From the NCBI GenBank assembly GCA_051599415.1, contig AP039701.1, forward strand, positions 124,001-188,000: a stretch of 64,000 nt of DNA, given 5' to 3'. How positions within the stretch are numbered: position 1 is the stretch's first letter; each line of letters opens with the position of its first letter. Shown here piece after piece: positions 34,069-45,097 of the stretch. Both the position numbers and the translations under genes were made by a program. Source of the stretch: Savitreella phatthalungensis (lineage: Eukaryota). The notes beneath the pieces were generated by a model. That model was not told the DNA's origin. It made no database searches and saw only the letters and a program-made list of their open reading frames with translations.

Positions 34069-34894
34069 CTTAGCTGCTAGGATACCTCAAGGCAGCATGC
34101 AAGACGCGATGGGAAGACGTCTTTGGAACTCTCTTGTTCACTACTGATTTGGTTGTGTCACATGTTACAGTCTGCGGACAGTTGTGCGTTCGTCACACGT
34201 GATTCAAATCTTGAGCATTTCCAAGAGGCAACATTTTCAAGAAGAGCAGCCTTGTCAGCGAGGCCAATAAGAGGTACACTTCTTATCGTCGTCTAGGTAC
34301 CTGGTCTAACAGCAGATGCCATCGCACCCTGTACTGTCTAGATAGTCATTCACGCGTCTTAAAGTTTTGTTGTTGGTCTACCGCCACTGTATACTTGTTT
34401 GAGTCATAAAGATCCGGTGGCAAGGTGTTTTCACCATCTTGGAGCAATCGATTGGGCATTCGAGACAAATCCTGCTGAAGCTGTCGACGGGTATCTTGTC
34501 GAGCTGTGAGAAAATCAATGGCGCCGAGCTTAGGGCGCTTATATGACGCGAAGTGGACGCGTAAAGTCTAGAGATTGTTTGAGGACGTTGAGTGCTATGT
34601 TGATGTTGGATTATACGTCAGCTTGTGCTGACGGCTTCAATGGCCTAGCGACTTGTTGAAGTAGTTGAGCATTGCATTTCACACATAGAACATGTCATCT
34701 TTCGACACTATCGCGGTCTTTCATGATGGTACTTTAGAGGACATGGCAGATTAAAGCGATATTGACGTCGCAAACCTCCATCAAGGAATTGAAAGTTGAA
34801 AGGGAATTCAGTATGCATAAGGCATGACGGCTACGGGAGTTGACTTGAGTCTAATGGATGGTTTGTGTAGATGAGTGATCTGGTGATGGAGTAT

Positions 34895-37222
34895 TTAAGA
34901 TCCTGAAGCGACAGCTAGCTTTCGTAGATGCTCCATGAAGGTCTGCAGGGCGACGTCATCTGTGAGGACTGCTGATGCACCTGGCTGGCCGTACGTGGCG
35001 GATGAGTGGTTTGTGGATGGATTGATTCTGGAGAGGAGGAAACGCGCTTGGGAGCCTCCCTGGTCACAGACAATGTATCGCGGGATTGGGAATCTGTCAC
35101 GAAGTAGTTCACCAATCTCGGCCTTTGGAGCCGTCAGCAGTTCTGCCAAATTCGCATAGTCTTCCTGCTCGTGGTAGCCTGCCTTGCGCCACGCAGCGAT
35201 CTGCTCACCATGCCAGATTAGGACGTGGAAGAATGTGTCGAGCAGCAAGATGACATCCGGCTTGATCGAGATAGAGTCCAGGAGGACCGGTCGTGGCTCT
35301 GGATCGTCAAGAGAGAAAGAGAGAAGTGTGGGCTGGATCATGATCAGGGAGTTGTTGACGTCCTCATGGTTGAGAACGTGGCGGTAGAAGGCAGTCTCGT
35401 CGGGTGAGTTGTTGAAGACCTGAAGGAATTGCGATCTCCGCAGGTGGAACATGAACTGCGGGTAGAGAGAGAAATTTTCTGCCAGTCGGAACGAAGTCGG
35501 ATCCTCCTTCCTGTAGTCCGCAAACTTCTGGCATAGACGAATGAGCATTCGATCTGTCCAGCGCAAAACGTCTGGCCCGTCATCCACTTCTGCCTTGTGC
35601 ACGGCTACACGAGCCATCAGCACCGCTGCGGCTTCTTGGTCGAAACCCTGAGCAATAGCTGGGGATCCACCGTCAACCAGTGTGCGACGGACAGTTGTCA
35701 CACGCAGCTTCATCAGGCCCGAGGAGTGCAGATAATGAGTGACGAACTGAACGATATACGGTGCGCCAGCAGGGTTGCTACCGCTTGCGGATGTTTGGAC
35801 CACCTCAAAGTAAGCTGCAACCGCCGTCTTTGGAGTCAAACCGCACAATTTCCAGGCAGATGTACCACCGATGCCGACTTCCGTCTCTCCGACATACTGC
35901 GACTTCTTGCCTGCGCTCACAGCATGACCGATCAAACCGCTGATCTTGACTTCCTTTGTGGTGAAGATGTCAAGATTAGCATTGAAAGCCATCTCGAGAC
36001 TGCCATCTGGGTTCTGGTTGAAGACGCGCTGGAATGACTGCTTGAAGATTGTGGAGTTGAACGCATCGGACAGAATCATGTGACCACCTGTGGAATTTGC
36101 AAGACTCTTCATCTCTAGCATCCCGATCTGATCGAGACAACCTGCGAAGACGTCGATGATGTGCCCGTTTGCGGCGGATCGCTTTGCAAGTGTCTCATAG
36201 AAGCGCGAAGACTTTTTGTAGTACTTAATGTTATCACGCTCAATGTCATGATGAGAACGGATGGGCTCTTTGAGCTCTTGAGAGATCACCAAGCCGGGAC
36301 CGACAGTCGCTGGGCCGGCTGAGAAGAGCATGACACGTCCGCCGCAGTTTGGGAAAGCTGTCTCCATAATGCCTAGAGCGACCGAGAGAGCAACGCCTGT
36401 GCATCGAGCAGGACGTTTGTCACTCGCCACGGACCACGGGTCCTTTTGAAGTGTCTCGAGGATATTGTTGAACTGGAACTCACCCTGGGAGACTGGTAGG
36501 AGGAAGCGTGTTGCAGCACCGTAATTGCCCGGAGGCTGCTGTGGGCGTGCACCTCCTGGCTGAGGCACTGAGGCTGGTGCTCTACCTTGCAGCGACAGCA
36601 TTTCTGAGATCTGCTTCGATGTGTACTCCTTGTTGCCGCGGAACACGTAAGACTTTGAGCACTCGGCATAGCCAATCTCATGCACCTGTGCCATTGTACC
36701 AAATGTGACAAGACCGACGAGTGAAGTCTCAGGAATGAGCGAGAGGGATGTCTGAATGGCATCCTTGAGAGCCTGCAAGTTGTCCTCTTCCTGACATGTG
36801 TCGACGACGTAAAGGAAAATCGGGGGCACAGCAGCTGGGCGCGCCAAGGTATATTCGACAGTGCTCAACTCTGGCGTGAGTTCCGGTGGAATCTGAGTGG
36901 CCGAGATCTGAGCATATGCTGGAGGAAGCTGATTGCGTGTAAGACAGAATGGACAAATCCAGAGCTTGCCACGCATATCGACCTGACAGTAAGGGTTGAG
37001 GATTGCCTTGCAGGGTGGTCTACACACCACTGGCTCGTATTCCAGGTTGATGCTCTCCTGCTTGTTGAACAGGGGCGTGTAGACAGCGCCGATCGGAACG
37101 ACAGTACGTCCTGCTTCGACGCGGGTAGATGGGATAGCGTTCCACGAGAATCGAACACCGTCCTGGTACTCGGCATCCTCGAAGAAGTCCTTGCCCATGG
37201 CTGGCAGCTGTGGAGCAGCCAT
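34895..37222 (-). CDS. SEC23: COPII coat subunit Sec23
   Basis: DGVRFSWN, zinc finger, [24 protein letters not shown]; intronless CDS. Confidence 0.98.
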   Translation of the reverse strand: MAAPQLPAMGKDFFEDAEYQDGVRFSWNAIPSTRVEAGRTVVPIGAVYTPLFNKQESINLEYEPVVCRPPCKAILNPYCQVDMRGKLWICPFCLTRNQLPPAYAQISATQIPPELTPELSTVEYTLARPAAVPPIFLYVVDTCQEEDNLQALKDAIQTSLSLIPETSLVGLVTFGTMAQVHEIGYAECSKSYVFRGNKEYTSKQISEMLSLQGRAPASVPQPGGARPQQPPGNYGAATRFLLPVSQGEFQFNNILETLQKDPWSVASDKRPARCTGVALSVALGIMETAFPNCGGRVMLFSAGPATVGPGLVISQELKEPIRSHHDIERDNIKYYKKSSRFYETLAKRSAANGHIIDVFAGCLDQIGMLEMKSLANSTGGHMILSDAFNSTIFKQSFQRVFNQNPDGSLEMAFNANLDIFTTKEVKISGLIGHAVSAGKKSQYVGETEVGIGGTSAWKLCGLTPKTAVAAYFEVVQTSASGSNPAGAPYIVQFVTHYLHSSGLMKLRVTTVRRTLVDGGSPAIAQGFDQEAAAVLMARVAVHKAEVDDGPDVLRWTDRMLIRLCQKFADYRKEDPTSFRLAENFSLYPQFMFHLRRSQFLQVFNNSPDETAFYRHVLNHEDVNNSLIMIQPTLLSFSLDDPEPRPVLLDSISIKPDVILLLDTFFHVLIWHGEQIAAWRKAGYHEQEDYANLAELLTAPKAEIGELLRDRFPIPRYIVCDQGGSQARFLLSRINPSTNHSSATYGQPGASAVLTDDVALQTFMEHLRKLAVASGS

Positions 37223-38175
37223 TATAGAGCCTCTCTGACGTTAGTCTTGGAAGGAGTAGGATGTTCTTGCAAGAATGAATCAAGAATATCGACTTGTTCA
37301 AAGCAGATCCTGTCTCCAATTTATGTTACAGCTGACAATGGGTGGTCCAATTTTGCTGGACCTCGTCTGCAGATGAACTGCTGGAGGTTCTTGTTGTCCT
37401 TGTCAGGCGCGCGGAATAGACACGCTGGCTGATTGACGTGTACTGGTGGTAAGGAAGAACTGGAGATGCATCAGTATGCTGCGCTGCCGTACAGAATCGA
37501 CGACACGAACACGGGATTCACACCTCACGTATTCAAGGAGACTTGAGACGCGATCCGGCTCAGCGCCACACTCAAAATTTACCACTTGGTGGAAGCAAAT
37601 TTAAGAAGGACTCCAACTGAAAAATAAAATAATTAGAAGGATGCAATTGAACATTTGACATTCCATCACGCATGCGCCACAAATTCAAAATGTCCTGTCT
37701 GTCATGCATCCGAGATGCCCATCACGTGATCACAGGGCTCCCCGCCACGCACGTGTCGGAATCAGCCCGTCATGCCCTACAGCACTGCTGAGTATCATGT
37801 CATGACGACAGACAAGAGGTAAATCACATTGAGGACATCGTGAGGGTCAACGGGCGCTCTTGTTCAGCGGCTGGCATCTCTAAGGGTAGAGCTAATCCCT
37901 AACCCTGTATCTATCTGTATATGACATTCTTCTGCCGGCGTAGCGAGCTATGAGATCTGGCCGAAGCTTGTAAACTTTTAGGAGGCATCCGGACTGCCGT
38001 GCTACACATAGGACGCTCGGGAATCCTGCGACGTCCAAGAATTATTTTCTCCCAAGTCGCTTGAACAATATCAAGTCCAATTGCGATACTTGCCGGTCTA
38101 TGTGCTAGCTAGGAAACCGTCATCTTCGACACCATTCTACGTGTATATTTATCCTTCTTGCGGCGCGCTCTCGTC

Positions 38176-39018
38176 ATGTCCTTCAATCGACCTGAGCATC
38201 CTCCAGCCCTCCGGAGTCGCGGACGTGGTCGAGGACGTGGCAGGTATGGTGGTAGAGGCGGTTCCGAGATGCGAGACATCATTCGAGCCAGTCGGGCTGA
38301 GCAACACACCTTGGCCGGCCCAAGACCGAATGCTTTCTCCATCGTCCTCCCATCCGGTCAACAGGCTATACATCCCAGTGGAGTCAGTACACCTCCCTTT
38401 GTCGATCGCTCCAGCCAGCAGGTGGCCACCACTGGCGTCTACGCAGACCACACCCTCGACATCACATACACAAACGACGCAGGCGCTGTACGAGATTGGC
38501 TAGCAGGCCTGTCAACGACAAAGGCTTTCGGCTTCGATATCGAGCACAGGCCGACATTTGACAAAGGCCAGCTGCCCAATCTTGCTCTGATTCAATTGGC
38601 TCCAGTGCCTGGTCAGGCTGAGGAGAAGAAACACCCTGTACTCATTTTCAGCGTGTATCACGCAAATGCAGAAGTGCCAACGGAGCTCGTTAGCATTCTA
38701 CGAGACCCAGAGGTACACAAATACGGCATCGGGGTCAGAAGTGATCGTCAGAAACTTGACTTCCTCGAGCTGGAGCCTGCCAGCGCAGGTCCGTCTTTCA
38801 GAGACCTTGGACCGACCGGCCAGCAGGGTATCAGTCTGAAGAAAATGACCACAGAGTACATGGGAGTCGAGTGTACAGAGTACAAGACGAAGCGCCTCAC
38901 GATGACGAACTGGGAACGGCGACAGCTCGATCCTGCTGAGCTGAAGTACGCTGCAATGGACGCATTTTGCGGTGCCATGATTCACAGGCTCATGAAGGAC
39001 ATTGCCAAGGAATCATGA
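38176..39018 (+). CDS. DEDDy 3'-5' exonuclease (WRN-exo/EXD-like) with N-terminal RG/RGG tract
   Basis: ExoI GFDIE, ExoII GVxxD, ExoIII YAAMDA, TNWE; RGRGRGRGRYGGRGG. Confidence 0.85.
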   Translation: MSFNRPEHPPALRSRGRGRGRGRYGGRGGSEMRDIIRASRAEQHTLAGPRPNAFSIVLPSGQQAIHPSGVSTPPFVDRSSQQVATTGVYADHTLDITYTNDAGAVRDWLAGLSTTKAFGFDIEHRPTFDKGQLPNLALIQLAPVPGQAEEKKHPVLIFSVYHANAEVPTELVSILRDPEVHKYGIGVRSDRQKLDFLELEPASAGPSFRDLGPTGQQGISLKKMTTEYMGVECTEYKTKRLTMTNWERRQLDPAELKYAAMDAFCGAMIHRLMKDIAKES

Positions 39019-39572
39019 CCATGTCGACAGGCCCGCCCCCGGACTTCTTGGTATACTTACTGTTGACATGTAACAAACAATCACGACTGTACGAGTGTAT
39101 ATCTTCTTTATAACAGACCTTATGAGCTGGATCGATCGTGTCTTGTCTCTTGTGTCCAATCTCGGCTGGACTACCTTGCTTAGCTAGCTAGCTGATACGC
39201 AGCCATGGTCGGGAATTGTCCGCGTCGACCAGGAGCCTGGTTGCCCTGTTTTGTGTCCAGGGGTCCGTCTAGTCCAGAGTCTAGTCGAGCCATCATCGGC
39301 TCCACCCAAAACTGACATTCCTGTCAGGTCACAGTATACCACGAACCAGGACAAACTCAAAGTCGAGCAATCGCGACAGGAAAAGCTCACCGTCCTCGAT
39401 AGTAGACGCAACTGATCAGTATCTTTGTGCCGCTCTTTTCGTTTGAGCCCATTGACTTCTCGCGCGACCATCACCCATACCTGATAAAGTTGGCACACAA
39501 CCTAGACCCTCAGGTCAAGCTGGGATGTTCTGAGGGTGATTCGCGGCGTGGGGGACAGTACGCTAAGCTAGG

Positions 39573-42500
39573 ATGAAGGTAGTGAGACCAGGTTGGCTGG
39601 GTCATCACGACCAGAACTACCAAAAGCAGCCTATCTACAGTGTGGATGTGTCGCCTGATGGATCACGGCTCGCGACAGGCGGGCTGGACGGCAAGGTCAG
39701 GGTATGGGCGACGGAGATGTGTACGGGTGCTGTGCCCGCTGAGGATGGGAATGACGGTTTGCAGATTCAGACGGGTATTCGAGCGACCATCCCGGCACAC
39801 AGCGGTGGCGTGCTGTGCATCAAATTTAGTCCTGATGGCAGGTGGTTGGCAACGGGATCGGACGACAAGTTTCTCATCATCTGGGAGCGAGATGACTCTG
39901 CTGCTGCAACGCGAAGGACTTTCGGTGACAGCGATGCCGATGGCGTCATGACCGAAGCATGGAAGGTCCACAAACGCCTCCTCGGCCACGAGAACGACAT
40001 CGTGGATGTAGCATGGGCTCACGATACAAGCTTGCTTGTGACTGTGTCGCTCGATTCCCATGTGATTGTCTGGAATGCGTCTTCGGGATCATTCGAGAAG
40101 ATACGGTCGCTACAACACGGGTCTTCTGTCAAGGGTGTTGTGTTCGATCCCGCTGGCAAGTACTTTGCGACCGCTTCGGACGATCGGACGATTCGCGTTT
40201 GGCGCACGTCTGATCTTGGATGCGAGCATGTCATCGACAAGCCCTTCAAGAATTCTCCTATCTCGACGTACTTCCGCCGACTATCGTGGTCGCCGGATGG
40301 CGCACATATCGGTGGTCCGAACGCAGTCAACAGTCCTGTGAGGGTCATTTCAATCATCAATCGTGGTACGTGGACGCACGACATCTCCCTCGTAGGCCAC
40401 GAAGGAGCGATCGAAGTCGTCCGATTTAACCCGATCATCTTCCGGAAGGACGGCAACAACTGCACGATTCTCGCAGGTGCAGGTGCAGATCGCACTGTCA
40501 GTGTCTGGAACACGTTGAGTTCGAAGCCCGTCATCACGTTGAATGGTATGGCAGAGCAGTCGATTGCCGATCTGGCGTGGTCGCCGGATGGTTTGGCGTT
40601 GTACATTGCCGGGCTCGATGGCTCACTCACTGTCTGTTGCTTCTCAGCTGCCGAGTTTGGCGAAGCTCAAGGCCGAGAAGCGAACGAGGAAGCATTGAGC
40701 AAGTACGGTGCTGGTCGGCAAGGCGCGATTCTGCCAGAATCCGTAGAACAGCTCCGTCTCGAGGACGCCGGACGTGTGGAGAAAGCGCAAGCAGTCCAGT
40801 CACGCGTCGACGCGATTATGGGAGGTACCGACGAAGCGTCGCAACAGCAGAACGAGAAGTCCTCTGAGAATGAGCAAATCCAAGCAAAAGCGTCAGCATC
40901 GAGCATCACAGCCTCAAATGGTACAGCCCAATCCCCAGCCGCCGCTCCAATGGCAAACGAAACACAGACCACATCGTCTGCAAGCAAGATAGCTCTTGCG
41001 ACTGCGAATGCTACGCCGGCAAATCCAGTTGCTCCTGCTGATCCACCTGTTGCTGCGCCTGCACAGGCCGCTGCTCAGCCGTACGTGCAGAAGATGACGA
41101 TTGTGAACGGAAAGAAGCGTGTGCAGCCACAGCTGATATCGTCGGGCGGGAGCTCGGCGGGTGCGGGTGGTGCTGCCGGATCTGGCGCGGGAGGGAGCGC
41201 ATTGCAGCGCGGTCTCGCTGGTGCGGTGATCTCAGGACAGCGCCAAGAGACGGTGCTCTCACTGCCGCAACTCGACATCTCCGCACCGAGCTACGCACTA
41301 CCAAAAGGTGGAATGCCAACGGCCCTGCAAGGCGCAAAACGCGCTGCCACTACAACAGACAACCTGGACGGGCACACCGACAAGCGGCAAGCTAATGGAC
41401 TCGGTGGCGTCTCGGCGATCGGATCGAGTGAGAAGCCTGTGTGGATCCGACCGGCTGTGGTGTCTCCGGCGACGGAGATGGCACAAGTCCGTCTGGGTGT
41501 GCCGCAGGTGAAATCACTCATCACGTTCGGCCGAGATGGGAATGCGCGCGAAGTCCTCGAAGCACGAAACCCAGAAGAAGCAGGTCCCTCGCAGCAGACC
41601 TCCGGCCAGCTTTCACAGCAGCAGCAACACCAGCAACAAATCCACCAACAGCAACAGCCCTGCAAAGTGAGCTTGCTGCGTGGCGACAAGGTCGACTGGC
41701 ACGATTACGTTGCGTCGCCGGTGGTATTGCTTGCGGGGACAGATTCGTTCTACGCTGCCGGGTGCGAGGATGGTGGAATCATCGTGTGGACGCATACCGG
41801 TCGGCGTGCCGTGTGTGAGCTTGTGACGGAAGCTGTGGCGTGCTTCCTGGAAGCTCGTGGGGACTGCCTGATGGCGATCACGTCTGTCGGGCTCGTGCAC
41901 GTGTGGGATCTGCGTCGTCGTCGAGCCACGATGCCGCCAGTCAGCGTGGCGCCAATCCTAGACGCCGCAAGTCTCTCAGACGACAAGCTCTCCCGCGGTC
42001 CTGCCATCACACAAGCCTCCGTCACATCCGCAGGATCACCCATCCTCACCCTCAACAACGGCGACGGGTACGTCTACAACACAGACATGCACGTCTGGCA
42101 ACGCGTCAGCCAAGTCTGGTGGTCAGTCACCAGTCACTACTGGAACGGCGCCAACTCACTCCTCCCACCATCACTCGACGATGTTCACGACCCCTCACTC
42201 CCCGCCCAATCAAACCCAGACCCTCAACCGGCACTTCCACGTCGACCTGGCCTGCTATCGCTCGTGGAGCGGCGGACGAACGAGGAGACGAGCCGTCACG
42301 GAAAAGGTCGGTTGTTGCAGCGCGTTGTGAAGCAGGCTTCTCGACGTGAGGGCTTTGAGAGTTTGGAGTCTAGAGCGTCGCTCGCCCACCTAGAACACCG
42401 CCTGTGCGCAGCCGTGCTCCTAGACTCTCCGGCAGAGTACGTCGGCGCCTTGCTCACCTTCGCTCGACGGATCGCAGAAGACGCAGACCTCAACAAAGTC

Positions 42501-42737
42501 GCAGAACTATGTACCGAGCTATTCGGTCCACGGACACATTTATCAAAATCATCTGTATGGGAACCAGAAGTCCTCGGGATCAGTAAACACAAGCTACTCA
42601 GAAAATGTCTCGTCGTCATGGGCAAGTTCAGAGGCGTTCAGAGACTCACCACACAGTACATGGATCTGCTCGATATGGAAGAGGATGGTGGTGGTGATGG
42701 TCGGGATCGAACCCAAGATGCGATGTCTCTTGCGTGA
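39573..42737 (+). CDS. HIR1: Histone chaperone HIRA/Hir1 (WD40, B-motif, HIRA domain)
   Basis: WD40 repeats, TYFRRLSWSPDG, GKKRVQP B-domain, SLAHLEHRL. Confidence 0.95.
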   Translation: MKVVRPGWLGHHDQNYQKQPIYSVDVSPDGSRLATGGLDGKVRVWATEMCTGAVPAEDGNDGLQIQTGIRATIPAHSGGVLCIKFSPDGRWLATGSDDKFLIIWERDDSAAATRRTFGDSDADGVMTEAWKVHKRLLGHENDIVDVAWAHDTSLLVTVSLDSHVIVWNASSGSFEKIRSLQHGSSVKGVVFDPAGKYFATASDDRTIRVWRTSDLGCEHVIDKPFKNSPISTYFRRLSWSPDGAHIGGPNAVNSPVRVISIINRGTWTHDISLVGHEGAIEVVRFNPIIFRKDGNNCTILAGAGADRTVSVWNTLSSKPVITLNGMAEQSIADLAWSPDGLALYIAGLDGSLTVCCFSAAEFGEAQGREANEEALSKYGAGRQGAILPESVEQLRLEDAGRVEKAQAVQSRVDAIMGGTDEASQQQNEKSSENEQIQAKASASSITASNGTAQSPAAAPMANETQTTSSASKIALATANATPANPVAPADPPVAAPAQAAAQPYVQKMTIVNGKKRVQPQLISSGGSSAGAGGAAGSGAGGSALQRGLAGAVISGQRQETVLSLPQLDISAPSYALPKGGMPTALQGAKRAATTTDNLDGHTDKRQANGLGGVSAIGSSEKPVWIRPAVVSPATEMAQVRLGVPQVKSLITFGRDGNAREVLEARNPEEAGPSQQTSGQLSQQQQHQQQIHQQQQPCKVSLLRGDKVDWHDYVASPVVLLAGTDSFYAAGCEDGGIIVWTHTGRRAVCELVTEAVACFLEARGDCLMAITSVGLVHVWDLRRRRATMPPVSVAPILDAASLSDDKLSRGPAITQASVTSAGSPILTLNNGDGYVYNTDMHVWQRVSQVWWSVTSHYWNGANSLLPPSLDDVHDPSLPAQSNPDPQPALPRRPGLLSLVERRTNEETSRHGKGRLLQRVVKQASRREGFESLESRASLAHLEHRLCAAVLLDSPAEYVGALLTFARRIAEDADLNKVAELCTELFGPRTHLSKSSVWEPEVLGISKHKLLRKCLVVMGKFRGVQRLTTQYMDLLDMEEDGGGDGRDRTQDAMSLA

Positions 42738-42885
42738 GAGCAGATGACTGTAGGTGATCACATCGTCCATTGGGTCGAACAAATATAGTCAAGGTTGAAA
42801 GACTTGTAGAGGTTCTGTAAGGAGTTGTCACGTGGTCTTGAACAATGTATAAAAGAGGCTCTCGCGCGTATACGTGTGCTGCCCC

Positions 42886-42887
<2 letters not shown>

Positions 42888-42925
<38 letters not shown>
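42888..42925. repeat. (TG)n microsatellite, ~19 units, between HIR1 and QCR7 3' ends
   Basis: Read directly. Confidence 0.95.
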
Positions 42926-42926
<1 letters not shown>

Positions 42927-42966
42927 ATGTGTGGATGTGGGAAAGGGTCGATGGATGCTGAGATTT

Positions 42967-43335
42967 TCACTTGACACGGAGGTTGTCGAATTCTGCGCGC
43001 TCGATGGCCTCGTTGTGGATCTCGTCTGCGAGTGGTGTGACGTACCTGGTGTCCTCAGACTCCTTGATCCACTTGTCCTGCGGCAGGAGCTGGTGCTGGA
43101 GTGACAGCTGCTGAGCGTTCCTCAACCTGAACGCACGGTCGTAAGCCTCACGGTCACTCAGGCGGCCGAGCGCTCGCTGCATCGTGTCGTTCTCCTCAGG
43201 AATCAGGTCGTCGTACTTCAAGCCCATCTGGCGGTATCCAGACATGCGAGCGTAGGTCTTTGCAAGGGGAGTCAGCAGGTTCTTGAGACCTGGTGACTTC
43301 ATCACGGCTGCTGCAAATGATGGTGCGCCTGCCAT
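42967..43335 (-). CDS. QCR7: Cytochrome bc1 complex subunit 7
   Basis: SGYRQMGLKYDDLIPEE, YDRAFRL, LLPQDKWIK. Confidence 0.96.
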   Translation of the reverse strand: MAGAPSFAAAVMKSPGLKNLLTPLAKTYARMSGYRQMGLKYDDLIPEENDTMQRALGRLSDREAYDRAFRLRNAQQLSLQHQLLPQDKWIKESEDTRYVTPLADEIHNEAIERAEFDNLRVK

Positions 43336-44597
43336 GGTTGTGTATGTGAGAGGTGGACAGCGACGTTAATGACTTCCAAGAAGAGTAGAAGGATGAGTGT
43401 GAGTGACTGGCCAGAGAGGAGATCAGGGTAAAGGGTTGTAGAGCGCTGATTGTTGGTGTAGAGTTTGAATTCGACTGGACTCGACTCGACGTTCCAGATC
43501 GGACAGAATATCGGCTGGTGCGTGCAAGTGAGTGAGTGAAGGTGAAAAAAGGGAAAATTAATCAATACAGTCGTACACAGAGAGGTGTTGCTCTAGAAAT
43601 TTTGATTTGCGATTAAGTAATTCTAATCACGTGTATTGAATGAACACCATGGCGCCACCACCGCCACAATATCGATTTGATCATTTTTTGAATCTTCCAT
43701 GTCTTGGAGAAAAGGTCGTAGAAATCCTCGAGCTATACATATATATATACGATTATTAGGTCGCTCAAGGTTGGCACGTGCAAAATTGAGGAGCTCAGAG
43801 TCAGGATGCAGGAATCCATGAGACTGTGTGGATCATGCAGTCAAACACGAGTTACTATACTGTACGTGGAAGTTCATAGGATGCGAGCTGTGTCAGTATT
43901 TCGATTGGCGTATTCTGAATGGGATCGCGTGTCTTACTGCATGCATGCATCCATTTAGTGAATGGAACGCAAGAACTGCACATGACTACCGACTTCACTC
44001 ACAACATATATGACGTCCATATATATATTCAAATATTGCCATGAATCTTACTGGACTCTTGACTGAACTTTTTACCTAACTTTTTATCTGGACTTTACAC
44101 CTGACTGGCTCTTTCGACTTTGAAAGCGTTGCTGTAATTGATTGGACTGATGGGAGCGCATGTCCGGGGACGGATGGGCTCTTTGGAGATGAGAGTGACC
44201 GGGGAGAAGCGGTTCAATTGACTGTATAATAATTCCCTGGTGGACTTTGATCTGGGTTGACTCTATCCAGCCTGGGTCAAATGGATTTGTGCATACGAAG
44301 ATCTTCTGTCGGAAGCGATCAGGAGAGAGGGTGAATTGTGCTATACCACTCAGGAAGGTAGTGCTGCCTCGGCATCTGGCTATGAATTAAATGTTCAATT
44401 CAAATTTGAGTTTAAATCAATTTCGAAAGGAGAAATTCTGGATCCATATGAAATTGCAGTCAAATGTTAAAAATGGATTTATTCGGAATGAACGCAGGAT
44501 TGATTTCCAGTCCGGAGAAACTCGTGCATTTGACCCAATCAGATAGTATGCACAGTCGAGTATGCACTACAACTCACTCGCTCACTCTCTTCACTCG

Positions 44598-44689
44598 CTC
44601 ACTCACTCACTCACTCACTCACTCACTCACTCACTCACTCACTCACTCACTCACTCACTCACTCACTCACTCACTCACTCACTCACTCA
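44598..44689. repeat. (CACT)n microsatellite, ~22 units, with degenerate copies at ~44905-44995
   Basis: Read directly. Confidence 0.95.
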
Positions 44690-45097
44690 TTGGGTTTGCT
44701 GCTCAAGGAATTCTCCCAGCGTGCATCTGAGGTCTCCAATTCAAAAAAGAAAAACTGGAATCTGAATCTTCCTTTCCATTCATTCATTCATTCATCGATC
44801 GATCGCCAATTAGTCCGACTCTCCCTTCTCCAGTCGAATCCCCCCGAAACCCGCATCTCCGCCGTCTCCACACCGGCACCGACATCTTCCACCCAGCAAC
44901 CCTCTCACTCACTCACTCACACACTCTCACTCACTCACATACTCTCACACTCTCACTCACTCCTACTCACCTACACTGTCACTCACACACACACAGGAGT
45001 GCCAACTGCAACGCTCACTCAGGAATCATACTCCTCATCAGGCTTTATTCTCAATTCACACACACTCCTGTCCTCCCCCCCCTCCAAAAACTCTGCC

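Noticed and set aside
37896..37905. CCCTAACCCT telomere-like word
   Set aside because: Under two repeat units; not distinguishable from chance
44690..45097. N-terminal extensions in the ORF track for PrpD (also NFS1, MBL hydrolase, CWC2, RMT2)
   Set aside because: Begin at non-ATG codons and translate UTR or microsatellite sequence; downstream ATGs give proper N-termini
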